Source: Dipteris shenzhenensis
Lineage: Eukaryota
DNA: 64,000 nucleotides
Assembly (NCBI GenBank): GCA_047967505.1
Contig: CM106538.1
Reading direction: 5' to 3' (one strand)
The translations under genes were made by a program, and so were the position numbers. Each line of letters opens with the position of its first letter. Positions within the stretch are counted from its first letter, which is position 1. Below the pieces are notes generated by a model, which was not told the DNA's origin, did not search any database, and was given only the letters and a program-made list of their open reading frames with translations. This document shows, in pieces, positions 13,879 to 26,046 of this stretch.

Positions 13879-15080
13879 ATGAGAGCTCTTTGGTCACCCG
13901 AAGAGGATGAGAAGCTGCTGACGGCCCTGGGCGAGCCGCAAATCCATCAAACTTGGAGCGATATAGCTAGTAAAGCGGGTAAGAGGATGCTTGCTAAATT
14001 TATCTTATAATAGCTGGTTTCTTTCGAAATGGCTTACAGTTGTGAGGCTGAGCAGGTCTGCGACGATGCGGAAAGAGCTGTAGGAGACGTTGGATGAACC
14101 ACTTGAGACCAGGCATAAAGCGCGGAAAATTCTCGATGGAAGAAGCGATGCTTATATGTGAGCTGCAAAAGCTCTATGGAAACAGGTATTGTTACGGCTG
14201 TGGTTCAATATGATGAGAGTCGATCTTCGGTAAGACAATGGTACATTAGTTCCACTACTGGCTGACGACAATCGTTCTTCGATCAATGAATACTTAGTCT
14301 AGATCCCTTGTTCTTGCTGAAAACAGATGGACCAAGATAGCTGCGCATCTGGGAGGGAGAACAGACAACGATGTAAAGAACATGTGGCACATTTTCATGA
14401 GGAAGAGGCAACCGACCCCAAATCAAGAACAGCCGGCCACCATAATTAGCACTGAGAAAACAGAATCAGGAACGCGTGAAACTCCAGGAGCCGCGATTGC
14501 GAAAGAAGCTGATCAGCATGGCAGCACAGGGACGTCGAAGCCTTTCGTTTGCCATTCGAAGATTCCCGCGCTGCGACCTGTGTTCACTTCGTTCTTTGCT
14601 GCTGAGGAGGGTACGTCTGGAGATCACTTGCTGATGTCGGAGCTGCACACCCCGAATATTTCGCAGGAGGCTCAAGCAATAAACTCAGCCTGCAATCAAG
14701 CTGTCTCAATGGAGTCGACGGAATGGGCGATGTGGATCGATCGAATAACCGATGGAATTACAGTAGCAAGCCGCAACGATTCATCAACGAAGCAGGTGCA
14801 GCAGATTACAGCACCGGCAAGCGAGACGTTCTGCAGCAGCAGCATCGATACTATTAATGTCTGCGCGTGTGACTCCAAAGAAAAGAGTATTGGAAGTAGG
14901 ATGGTGGCAACCACAGGCATGCATGTCGAACAATATTCTGCAGCTGAAGCAGTGAACAATAATCCGATTAACGATTCGTGGATGATGATGCAGGAAGGGA
15001 ACGAAGCAATCAAGCTCCCAACGATTCATGAAGGCTGGAATGAACTTCTGGGCTACTTTCAGCTGAAAGACCTTATATGA
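13879..15080 (+). CDS. R2R3-MYB transcription factor, 3 exons (13879-13978, 14056-14185, 14327-15080), ~327 aa
   Basis: Spliced translation [14 protein letters not shown]...[75 protein letters not shown]... Both introns are GT-AG at the conserved plant R2R3-MYB positions, with the typical 130-nt exon 2. The frame is open to TGA at 15078-15080. Confidence 0.95.
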
Positions 15081-15933
15081 CATAACATCTGATTTATCTT
15101 TCTCGTCAGCTTGACCATCCGACCTTCATTTTCTTCGCCTCCTTCTACACCGTTCTCCGTCTCCCACTTCTTTTTCTCTTCTTCTTCATCATACCTCGCG
15201 ACTATTATTTTGTGGCAAACCTCGTTGCCTCTTTAGCCTTGCTGTAAATATTCGTAAGAACTAATGTCTACAAAGAGTGTTTACACTCTTATTAAATTTA
15301 CTCTTTCACTAGCTCCAACGATTCTCAAGAAAAGCCCACATGATTCCAAACATGTAAAAACTTTCCTCCACACAAGATAGATTTAGATAATAATTTAGCC
15401 GGTTCTATGTGTCTTTTTGTGTCACTACTATACACGGATCCTATTGCGACGTTTAAGTACCGACGTTTAGCATGCACGGGGCGCTAATCATCGGTATTGG
15501 AAGTGCGCCTCGTCAAAGGTCGCTATATAGCGACTTTAGTCAAACGTCGCTATCTAGCATCCATTTCTAAAGTCGCTATATAGCGACTTTTATCAGAATT
15601 GTAAGTATCGTTATATAGCGACACTAAGATACTTTTTAATAGCGACGTTTTACAGAGACTTTTTTTTCTCATATCAATCTTAAAAGTTAGTTTTCTCTAA
15701 TGGCTTTTTTTTTTCATACATGTTTGATCTTTTAACAGAATAAAAGTATGAGAGTATCTGGAGAGTATGTACATCAAGCCTTTGAAGCTCATATATTCAT
15801 GTCCAAGTTTGAGATGAAAAAAATCAATGAAGAGCATTTACATCAACGGTTTCATCTTGAGCCAAGCCTAACGCGCCAAACAAGTCTATCTCTAACTCTA
15901 TACCGAGTTGATCTCCTATATCATCATCGTACT

Positions 15934-18900
15934 CTAGCATTGTACGAGCATTGTACGTTCACGTAAAAGTACTTGATCATCTTCTTCAATAAAGTGTGGT
16001 GATTCTTGATGATTGTTGTCTTCTTCCTCAATATCGTGATCTCCATCTTCCTCCCGTGCGATGTCATTATGCGCATCTTCCTCTTGGCCCATATTGTGAT
16101 CTTTATCTTCTTCGCTAGATTCATTTGGATCAATTGGATCCAGCATTGGTAGTGGCATCTCCATATTCACATCTCTATCTTTAAAAATTTGCTTACTTCG
16201 TGATGCAACTTGGATCACATACCACCATCTTGGATCAAAACGATTCGGATGAAAAACTACCTATATTAAAGATGGGTGTCAAATGTCGTCAATTATATAT
16301 ATGAAATTATGCTTAAGTACATGTATCAATGGATCTTTAAAATCGAAAGCTTCAATTAATTAAATCATTAGTATGCACCTGCTCACAGTGCTCGGGAAGA
16401 ACAAAAGTATCACTTTCATCGGTCCAATGTTTGGTGGAGTCTATTGTAAAGAAATCCCTACTATCTTTTCTCACTGTCGCATGGGGACTCTCGGGGGGGT
16501 CACTCATCATATGTAACCCTATCACGTGAGTTCAACAGAAGGATATTTTTTATTCCTAAAATTTACAGAAATAAATATACATAAGGGACTATTTAAAATA
16601 GTTTTGGAAAAAATTTACAGATTTGTATAGAAAAGGGGTACATTTTATCAATGAAAAAATTTACAAATAAGGGATTTTAAATATAGGCCTTGAACACACG
16701 TGATATAGAGGGTTTATACATAGTGACCTCCCCGAGTGGGGACCGTTATAAATAGTTCTAAATCATTTTACATCAAGAATGAAAATACTAAATCGTCTGA
16801 AATCAACTTCATAGATTTTGCGTATGGTTCCACAATAATCCAGCTGTGAGAAGAGAAGATTGGTATCCGAAGCACTTGCTTGGCTATCTTGTGTGAAGTT
16901 AGCCATGACTCCACAATTATATATGACTCTCTTTGAATCGATGTGTTCCACGCGAAAATATCATCCATATGCCCTAATGCACAGTACTTTTTATACTTTA
17001 AAAGAGCATCATTAAAACAATGAAGATGCGTCTATTTTATAGTGTATATTATCACAAATAATTACTTAATTACATCAAGAGATAAGAAACTTACATGCAT
17101 CATACATCTAGATGATAACTCTTGCTCGCGCTCGTTTATTGTCTCTCCATCGTGTTCGGCTTTACATAGAGCCAGTTGTAGCCAATCAAGTGACATGTGA
17201 GTGGGGAGAAGAGCCAGATCCCGTGGATATGATTGCGATCGCCTATACATTACTCTGAATCTCGTCCTTGTATTTATTCTTTCTGCTTTGGCCGCTTCAT
17301 ATCTCTCAATCCACTTCTGCATCTCCTTGCTATTGAGGATGCAAAACTTATTGAATTTCTCCATTTGCTCTTCGCTCATCTTTCTTTCAATCCCTTTTCC
17401 TTGGGAAACCTTGCCAATGATGCGATCATCATCCTTATTATGCCAAGCTTGCGGCATATCGGGATCCGTGGATGCAAGAAACTTCGTGATATATACTAAT
17501 GACTCTTGCACAAGCCATCCCTCTACCATGCTTGCTTCTGGTCTTGCTCTTTGTCTTACAAATTCCTTCAAAGTTTTCATAAACCGCTCGAGAAAAAACA
17601 TCCACTGACTATGAACGGTACCTACAATAGCCACCTCATCAACTATGTGCACAAGCAAGTGTACTTGATTTGCCATAATGCTCGAGGGAAAGTGCTTCTT
17701 AAGCAAGCATACGGCTTCAATGGATTCCACCCTAGCCTTCTTGATGCTCGATATGGAGATCTCTTTTTGAGATATCCACCCATTTCACATGCCCATGTAA
17801 GATATTTTCATAATCAGTCTACAAATTATTCAGCTTAAATTGAAGAAAATGCAATCAATGCGATTTGATAGTAAGCATACCTCACAATACCATTGATCTT
17901 GAATATAGCATTTCTAACATCTTCTTGTAAGCACCCTTTTATTGTAATTAGGGGATGAACTGTCAAAGCAACAAAGAAGTCATGTCAACAATATAACATA
18001 ATCATAATTACGCTAACGCATCACAATTATCGGTATACTAATTCTACAACTTAGAATACCTGTAAGACGTTGTGCCAATCATGGGACTTGAGCCCACTAA
18101 GCTTATTGTCCTTTGAAAATGCTCCTTTCAAGCAACGCATGTACCCTGTCGGTGTTTCAAAAGAGGCAATGTCTGCCTTGACTGCTGCCTCCTCCCTCGT
18201 AGAGAGAATCCACGTTGCTTTTAGGAGAACAACTTTTCTCGAAGCATGCACTTGGGGCCACAAACGAGACATCCTATTCATAGCACGCAAGTCTTCTCGC
18301 ACTCCTCTCAAGCCTTTGGAACCAACCAAGTGTGCCCAAATAGTAGCCCCCACATCCTTGAAGATATGCATAGGATTCAAGAGATGATTGATTTGTAACT
18401 GATCCCAATAAGGAAGCTCGTGCAAGATCGATAGCCTCTTCATACCAGGAGGAGGTTCCTCTCCATTCGCCCTCCAAGCCTGAATCCAGTCACTTGCCTT
18501 CAAATATAATGGTGGTGGATCAAGCTGACCTCCACGCATAAGATGGTCCAGCGGAAGGTATCGAGCATGACCTTTATAAACATTTTTCCTCATATGTTTG
18601 GAGTATCGTGCAAGAGATTTCAAACGAGTTTCAAACCCGATCCACAAATATGACAAGCATGTACCCACTTGTAACAAGTCCTACACGTGTGCATGAATGT
18701 GTTAGTATAAGACATGTGTACGAAAGAGAGTCATAAATGCATAATCCTATATTATACATGTAAAGACACAACCACGTCCTGCGCACTCTCCATATCCTGG
18801 GTAGTCATGCATGGTCGACATCAAGATACCCCTGACCAAAATATCATTGGTATGTCTAGGAGCTCTAGAAATATCAAAGAGCCACACTCCTCTCCATAAT

Positions 18901-20150
18901 ATCTGTAACTCCTCTATCAAAGGTGCCATGTACACGTCCATATTTTTTGCCTTGTACTTCCCTGGCACAAGTAGTGCAAGCATGAGGTGTCCCTTTTTTA
19001 TTGTTAGCCATGGTGGGATATTGTAATTCACCACGACTATGGGCCATGTCAACTAAGATGTCGAGCGTAATCCGAAAGGATTCATGCCATCCATAGATGT
19101 AAGTTGCATGGCTCCCTCGTAAAGTCCGGCCACTGATTGTCTATGTACTTCCAAGCGGCACAATCTGCGGGAATCCTCAATGTGTCATCAGTGGACCGAT
19201 GAGATGCATGCCATGTCATCAACTCCGCTATGGATTTGCATCGAAACATGTGCTGTATTCTTGCAATGATGGGAAAGTGTCTCAAGACCTTTACCGGTAT
19301 CTGCTCACCCTGCAAGTCATCTCTATATCATTATTCTCCATATATCAGACAACTAGCCAAATCTCCATGCTCATGATGAAAGAGAATACAGTCATTACAG
19401 CAAGCATGGATGGTATCATAATCCATACCCACCATTGTTAGCATCTTCTTTGCTTTATCTCTTGATGCGGGCATGGTATTTGGTGCAGGCAACATCTTCT
19501 GAAGCAACCTATCACAATTCGGTACACTAATCCATACATGATGATTCTCAAAACAAACAATATCCAAATAATGAGTCAAATTAATGCACGAGCTAACCTC
19601 ATTAAGGCCGAGACACTTGTATCCGACCACCCATACTTTACTTGCAGATTCAAGATTGAGAGACAAGCATGTAGTTTAGATATCCTAGCACCCTCATACA
19701 ACTGTGTTGATTGCAACTCTCGCATTTTGACCTCAGACTCTGACATCACGTGTACATGGGATGTAGTGCCTCTAAAAATAGAATCCATCATGTCGACCAT
19801 ACCCTCGTCATCATCCGGGAGACTATAGTCTTGCTCAAAGTGTGAAGGTATATGCGTACCCTCGTCAGCCTCCTCATCCTGTTTTAAGATTTCGCGTAAA
19901 TATAAGATCTTGTCTCAAGGTTTCGTATCATAATGGTATCCAATATTAACCACGAACTCAAATAGCTTTGACTTACCGATAATCCATCAACACATGTAAC
20001 ACCAACGGTGGGTACTAGTTCGAGCTCCTCCCCATACATCCGCAAGTGGCGCATGATAATACGACGTTGATGTCATACTTCTCGCTTGCAATGAGTGCAA
20101 TGACAATACAACCTCTCCGTAAGCCACTTTGTGCTCCCGGGCATTGGCGC
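15934..20150 (-). pseudogene. tnpD: TnpD-like CACTA transposase, multi-exon, with stops and frameshifts
   Basis: Ordered motifs: N-terminal CHCTHC..RHLRMYG (transposase-associated domain); YDTIHACCNDCILF; KVLRHFPIIARIQHMF; WPIVVVNYNIPPW; TMHDYPGY; MHIFKDV; LSGLKSHDWH; QVHLLVHIVDE..WMFFLERFMKTLKEFVRQRARPEASMVEGW (DUF4218-type); DYCGTIRKIYEVDF (DUF4216-type); acidic tail. Confidence 0.9.
16490..16736. mobile_element. 247-bp MITE inserted in TnpD
   Basis: TIRs ctcgggggggtcact / agtgacctccccgag (14/15), extending inward imperfectly. TSD tggggact (16482-16489) / tggggacc (16737-16744). The sister copy shows the empty site at ~8098-8106. Confidence 0.9.
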
Positions 20151-20289
20151 ATCATCTGACGAGCTTCTACTTATCCCTTTCATCTGCACACTTCTAAAAT
20201 CACAACATAAGCTGCAAGGAAATATATTAACATTAATAAAATAGCCACCTATGAGCTTCTCTTTTAGCTTTAAATAATAAGTGCCTTGA

Positions 20290-20430
20290 AGCGTCGCTAT
20301 ATAGCGACGTTTTGCTCTGTTCCATCGCTATATAGTGATGTTTTACTCTGTTCCATCGCTATATAGTGACGCTTTTAAATATAAGCGTCATTATATAGCG
20401 ACTGACCAACATTGCTATATAACAACGCTA
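20290..20430. repeat. Internal cluster of the CACTA subterminal palindrome
   Basis: cgtcgctatatagcgacg (perfect palindrome at 20292) plus about four degenerate copies, the same motif as at both element ends. Confidence 0.85.
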
Positions 20431-21069
20431 TGGGCTAAAGCCCGAAACCCTGCGATGCGGCGCTTTCTTTAGCATCTCTATTGTGGGAAAAGTAATCTCT
20501 CCTCCCACCTCATATCCGACGACCTCGCTTTCCTCCTCTCTATTCTCCACTCCTCACCACTACTCAACCCTTCTCCTAACACTTGTGCTCCCTCTCCACC
20601 TTTCTCCCTCTTTGCTTGTGTGAAAAGAAGTTTTTCAAGAAGGTGAGTCTATTTGAGCAATGTAGATTCGTTTTTTGTGAGATTTTGTTTTGTGAGTGTT
20701 AAAGCATGTTTCTTCTTGTATTGCTAAGGCTATGTGCTAGTTTTCATGCTTGATTTTCAAGGGTTAAAGACAAAAAACGAGATTTTGTGAAAGAAGACTT
20801 ACCTCTTCTAGTCTTTTTTGTATTTCTCTTCCTCCTCTTTCTCCTTGTCTCCTCAATCCAATCCCTTTGAGAAGTTACTTCTTTAAACTTCTCCTTCCTC
20901 TAACTAGTTATTTGAAAAATGGTATGTTTCCTCTCTTTTGTAGGACCAGTCCACAAAACACCAAGCGGGACTATTCCACGTAAGAAAGTACTTCCTCTTT
21001 TTTCCTTTTGTTATTTGCATTAGCCTGCAGCTAGCGCCTTAAGTGCTAGCTGCAGTGATGGGTGTAGGA

Positions 21070-23240
21070 ACCCTCTCTTCCTCTCACTTTCCCTATTTCC
21101 TCTTCTTTCCCTCTTTTCTCCTCTTCCTTCTCTTCTTTTTCCCTCTTCTTTTTCCCCTCTTTCAATCTCTTTTCCCCTCTTCTTTTTCCCTCTCTTTCAA
21201 TCTCTTTTTCCCTCCTTTCCTTCTCTTCTTTTTTTCCTTTTTCAATCTCTTTTCCCCTCTTCTTTTTTCCCCTGTTTAAATATCTTTTTCCCTCCTTTCC
21301 TTCTCTTCTTTTTTCCCTCTTTCAATCTCTTTTCCCCTCTTCCTTTTCTTATGTTTATGCTCTTTTCCCCTCTTCTTTTTCCCCTCTTTTAATCTCTTTT
21401 CCTCTTTTCCTCTCTCTTTCCCCCTCTCTTTAAAGCCCCTCTTTCAATCTCTTTTTCTCTCTTTTTCTTTTATGCTTAAGCTTTCTCTCTTTTTCTTTTA
21501 TGCTTATATGCTCATGCATAAGCATAGGCATATGCTTTGTTTCCTTTCCCTCTTCTTTCTCTTATGCTTATGCTTATGCATGAGCATATGTCTCCTTCTC
21601 CTTCTCCTTCTCCTTCTCCCCCTCTCTTTAAAGCCCCTCTTTCAATCTCTTTTTTCCTCTTTTTCTTTTATGCTTAAGCTTTCTCTCTTTTTCTTTTATG
21701 CTTATATCTCGCTTATATGCTCATGCATTATAAGCATAAGCATATGCTTTGTTTCCTTTCCCTCTTCTTCCTCTTATGCTTATGCTTATGCATGAGCATA
21801 TGTCTCCTTCTCCTTCTCTTTCTCCTTCTCCTCTTTTCTTCCTTTTCTCTCTCTTTCTCTCCCTCTTTCCCCTCTTTCAATCTCTTTTCATAAGCATATG
21901 TATCTGCCTATGCATAAGCATAAGCATATGTCTCCTTCTCTTATGCTCATGCATAAGCATAAGCATAAGCATGAGCATATGTCTCCTTCTCTTATGCTTA
22001 TGCTTATGCATGAGCATATGTCTCCTTCTCCTTCTCCTTCTCCTTCTCCTTCTCCTTCTCCTCTTTCCCCCTCTCTTTCCCCTCTTTCAATCTCTTTTCA
22101 TAAGCATATGTATTTGCCTATGCATAAGCATAAGCATAAGCATGTCTCCTTCTCTTATGCTCATGCATAAGCATAAGCATAAGCATAAGCATGAGCATAT
22201 GTCTCCTTCTCTTATGCTTATGCTTATGCATGAGCATATGTCTCCTTCTCCTTCTCCTCCTCCTTCTCCTTCTCCTCTTTTCCTTCTTTCCTCTCTCTTT
22301 CCCCCCCTCTTTCCCCTCTTTCAATCTCTTTTTATAAGCATATGTATTTGCCTATGCATAAGCATAAGCATATGTCTCCTTCTCTTATGCTCATGCATAA
22401 GCATAAGCCTAAGCATGAGCATATGTCTTCTTTTCCTCTTTTCCTCCTTTTCTCTCTCTTTCTCCCCCTCTTTTCCCTCTTTCAATCTCTTTTCATAAGC
22501 ATATGTATTTGCCTATGCATAAGCATAAGCATATGTCTCCTTCTCTTATGCTCATGCATAAGCATAAGCATAAGCATGAGCATATGTCTCCTTCTCTTAT
22601 GCTTATGCTTATGCATGAGCATATGTCTCCTTCTCCTTCTCCTCTTTTCCTCCTTTCCTCTCTCTTTCCCCCCCTCTGTCCTCTCTTTCAATCTCTTTTC
22701 ATAAGCATATGTATTTGCCTATGCATAAGCATAAGCATATGTCTCCTTCTCTTATGCTCATGCATAACCATAAGCATAAGCATGAGCATATGTCTCCTTC
22801 TCCTTCTCCTTTCCTTCTTTCAATCTCTTTTTCCTCTCTTCCTCCTTTCCTTCTCTCATGAGCATGTCTCATTTTCCTCTTTTCCTCTCTCTTTCTCCCC
22901 CTCTTTCCCCTCTTTCGATCTCTTTTCATAAGCATATGTATTTGCTTATGTTTAAGCTTTCTCTCTTTTTCTTTTATGCTCATATGCTCATGCATAAGGG
23001 TAAGCATAAGCATGAGCATGAGCATAAGCTTTCTCCCCATCTTCCCCCTCTTTTGATCTGTTTTCATAAGCATATGCCTATGCTTATGCCTACCCTTCTC
23101 CTTTTTTTCTCTCTTCTTTCTCTTCTCCTTCTCCTTCTCCTTCTCTCTTCTTTCTCTTCTCTCTTCCTCTCTTTTTGTCTTCTTTTCATAAGCATATGCC
23201 TATGCCTATGCCTATGCCTATGCCTATGCTTATGTTTGTT
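21070..23240. repeat. Low-complexity compound minisatellite (CT-rich tracts plus GCATAA/TTATGC hexamers) inside a CACTA intron
   Basis: Recurrent ~160-250-bp units: tttcaatctcttttcataagcatatg...gcataagcataagcat...ttatgctcatgcat...ctccttctcct. Bounded by a donor gtaag (20980) and an acceptor cattag (~23277). Confidence 0.9.
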
Positions 23241-23278
23241 TTTTGTTTTTTGTTTTCGTGTTTGTATCTACATTAGAC

Positions 23279-24810
23279 ATGGGATCACATCACACGTCCG
23301 ACGAGTATGGATAGCCTCGCAGGAGGAGACATCATGATCTCTATGCTCCAGAGGACTTTGACTCCTCTCAGGCAACACCTCAGGGGCCTACCCCTATGAC
23401 TACCCCTGGCCTGACTCCTCTCAGACGTAGCACTATAACTACCCCTCGGGGAACTCCTTTTCTAGCAGCCCATGGCTTTGTCGGGAAGACCGACGAGTTT
23501 GTAGCATAGATGACCGATGAGGAGGCAGCGAGATTCTTCTCTCTACTATCTCAGAGGACCTCAGCAATTCCCTCTCCTACACTGACAGCTGGACCTATCG
23601 CCTAGCCGTCCCCTCGTGTCCCTTCGATCGAGCGGTCATCACCTACATGTGCCTATCATAAGGAAAGGAAGAGTAGGAGGGGCCGCTTATGTTGTGCTGA
23701 CTCGGGAGATGTAGACAAGTCAGCACACACTCACATCCCTATAGGTCTCCACTTGATCCCGAGACATAGTATCAGTCAGGTCCCTTTCCCTCTCCTACTC
23801 CCACTGCTACTCCTCACTCTGGAAGCGCTCGCACAGCTTCCACTCGCTCTGACTCTGCCACTACCATGAGTCCTCCTTACCCAGTCGAGGACCTCTCCTA
23901 TCAAATCACGGCTGTCGGAGAGATAATAGAAGATAGAAAGAGCAAAGCAATGATGGCCACCATGAGGCGGTTGATGAGCCACCACTTCAAGAGCGGCATT
24001 GCTACTGATTGGCAGTATCAAAATGACCAAAAGAAGCATGCAATCATCGATGAATTAAAACAAAAATACCCTAACCCACCAAATTGGGAGTTTAATGAGA
24101 ATTACATGCAAGAGCGCATGGGTTTGGTCTTGAAGCATCGTAGATCAACCTTGCGTACTTCCATCGCAAAGGGGATGGCTAAACCCAATTGGGTAGACAA
24201 AGCTGATTGGAAGTTCTTCAAGAAGCAGAATAGGGACCATCCCAAAATGTTTGAGGGTCCGAGGAGACAGCTAGACGCCATAGGTACTTCGCACTTTGGT
24301 GCAGGCAGATGGTTGGCATTCGAGGCAACTGTGGTAAGTCTACTTCTTCTCATTTAATGTATTATTCGATTTGTTTTACTACATATTACATGCACTTTAT
24401 CTAACTCTTGTAAATTGGATCCACAGCAAGCTGCGATGGGTCGTCTTCCTACAGATGCAAAGACGCGACGCGCGTTTCGCATAGAAACAAAGCCGTGGTT
24501 TATTAAGCAGGAGGCAATGGGAGCAACGATCAATTGGGCTGAGGTGTCTACTCGCACGATATAAGTCTACTCCTACTTGTAATCTCACTTTTTAAATTGT
24601 TTTATTCTTTAAGTTCCAATCTAATTTTCAATTAATATGGTTTCACTCTTAGGGTCAAAGCTCGAGCATCCCATCACCGGAGGTGAGCGATCACAAGGGC
24701 CAGGGATTAGGTGCACCTCACGAGGGTCAAGGAGCAGGCGCAGCTCACGAGGACCAAGGATCAGGCCAGCAAGATGAGGATGAGGAGGACGACGATGACG
24801 ATTCGAATGA
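23279..24810 (+). pseudogene. Second CACTA gene (putative TnpA/Ptta-like), spliced and decayed
   Basis: ATG follows an acceptor at ~23277. ORF 23866-24333 (KHAIIDELKQKYP..W..KPNWVDKADWKFF..SHFGAGRWLAF) ends at GTAAGT. Further exon candidates at ~24427-24560 and ~24652-24810, the last with an acidic tail. The family assignment is inference. Confidence 0.55.
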
Positions 24811-25809
24811 GTAGTAGTAGTAGTAGTAGTTTGCATATACTTTTCCATGTATATCATTTTGTATATTGGCTCGTTTGAGCAATTTTGTATCACCCTTTTT
24901 GAAATGGTAATTTTGTAACAAACAATGTTATATATCTTCGACATGTATATGCTTTTGTTGCTCGATCATTTCATTTGAGTGATTTTGTATCACCCTTTTC
25001 GCAAGGGAAATTTTGTAATTAAAAGCTTTTTTTTGTAATTACCCAAAAAAAAAACATTAGTGGGACAAAGCAGGGCTTGCTATGGCCCTGTTTAGCCCCA
25101 CTAATGCTTTTTTTTTAGTTCTATTGATCGTTGCTATATAGCGACATTTACCAGTGTCTCTATCGCTATATAGCGAGGTTTACCAGTGTCACTATATAGC
25201 AACGTTTACCAGTGTCGCTACATAGCGATGCTTATATAGCGACCGTTCTTTTTCGATGCTGATAACGACATTTACACCTGTTTAAAAAAAATTAGAGTAA
25301 AAAATGTCGGTATTTTCATCGAAAAAGGGCCTATGCCTTGTAGTGTCTCTCTCTCTATCTAGTGTGAGAGAGAGATTTCACCTCCCAAAAAAATGTGTGA
25401 CTTAAAAAAAAAAGTGTGCAATTTCACCAAAAAATGTGTGTGCGCGCACACCTTTTGTGCATGAGAAAGATGTAGCAAAAATATTTTTGGATTATGATCA
25501 GGTTATGCTCAAAGGATTTCATTCGATTTTAGAGTTCAAAGACTATGGTGAACTTCATTTAATCCACAATTACTTCTCTTGAGTTTACACATTACGTCAC
25601 CCATATGAAAGTATTTAATCATGAAATCAAGAAGGTTGGAACTTGGGGAGAGAGGAAGTGCTCAAGAGTTGAGGAATGACTAGGGTGATTGATGTGATGC
25701 ATGAAACTCAACTCAAATTTGTAGAATAGAGTTTACATGAATCAAAACATGACACCTAGCACATTATTTATGATTAGAAGTGTCATTCACAGGGAGAAAA
25801 CAACATGGA

Positions 25810-26046
25810 ATACTATATTAGGGAATTTTCAAATAGTTTGGGACTTCCCAATATGGTTAAGATTTGGCCACATGGTCAAGTTTGAACCCATTACTTGAAA
25901 GTGCAGTCCATCCTAAGAACCATATTAGGGAATCCTCCCAAGTCCCACTTTCAAATAAGGGTTCATGTTTTGGCCACATGGTCAAATCTTAACCCTTTAC
26001 TTGAAAGTGGGACTTGAGATATTTCCAAATTCTCCAATATGGTGTT
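25810..26046. mobile_element. Foldback/MITE-like inverted repeat
   Basis: ttaagatttggccacatggtcaag...cccattacttgaaagtg is mirrored by cactttcaaataaggg...ttggccacatggtcaaatcttaa. Confidence 0.55.

Larger units (their letters stand above)
15423..25345. mobile_element. CACTA (En/Spm, CMC) DNA transposon, ~9.9 kb, both termini present, coding regions decayed
   Basis: Left end CACTACTA at 15423; right end TTGTAGTG at 25345. Flanking triplets are tgt/tct (2 of 3 match a 3-bp TSD). Palindromic gtcgctatatagcgac repeats at ~15519-15650 and ~25130-25245. TnpD homology inside. Confidence 0.88.

Noticed and set aside
14382-15080. Stand-alone 232-aa ORF
   Set aside because: It is part of MYB exon 3; its ATG is internal to R3.
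14466-15083. Antisense ORFs over MYB exon 3
   Set aside because: Shadow frames of a coding exon with no independent support.
21043-23337. Many long ORFs (MHKHKH, ISICICL, poly-L/F/S)
   Set aside because: They are translations of hexamer and pyrimidine repeats that lack stops by composition, inside a probable intron.
7124-25348. An 18-kb single CACTA insertion that carried the MYB here
   Set aside because: Flanking triplets tag/tct do not form a TSD; kept only as a potential substrate in findings.
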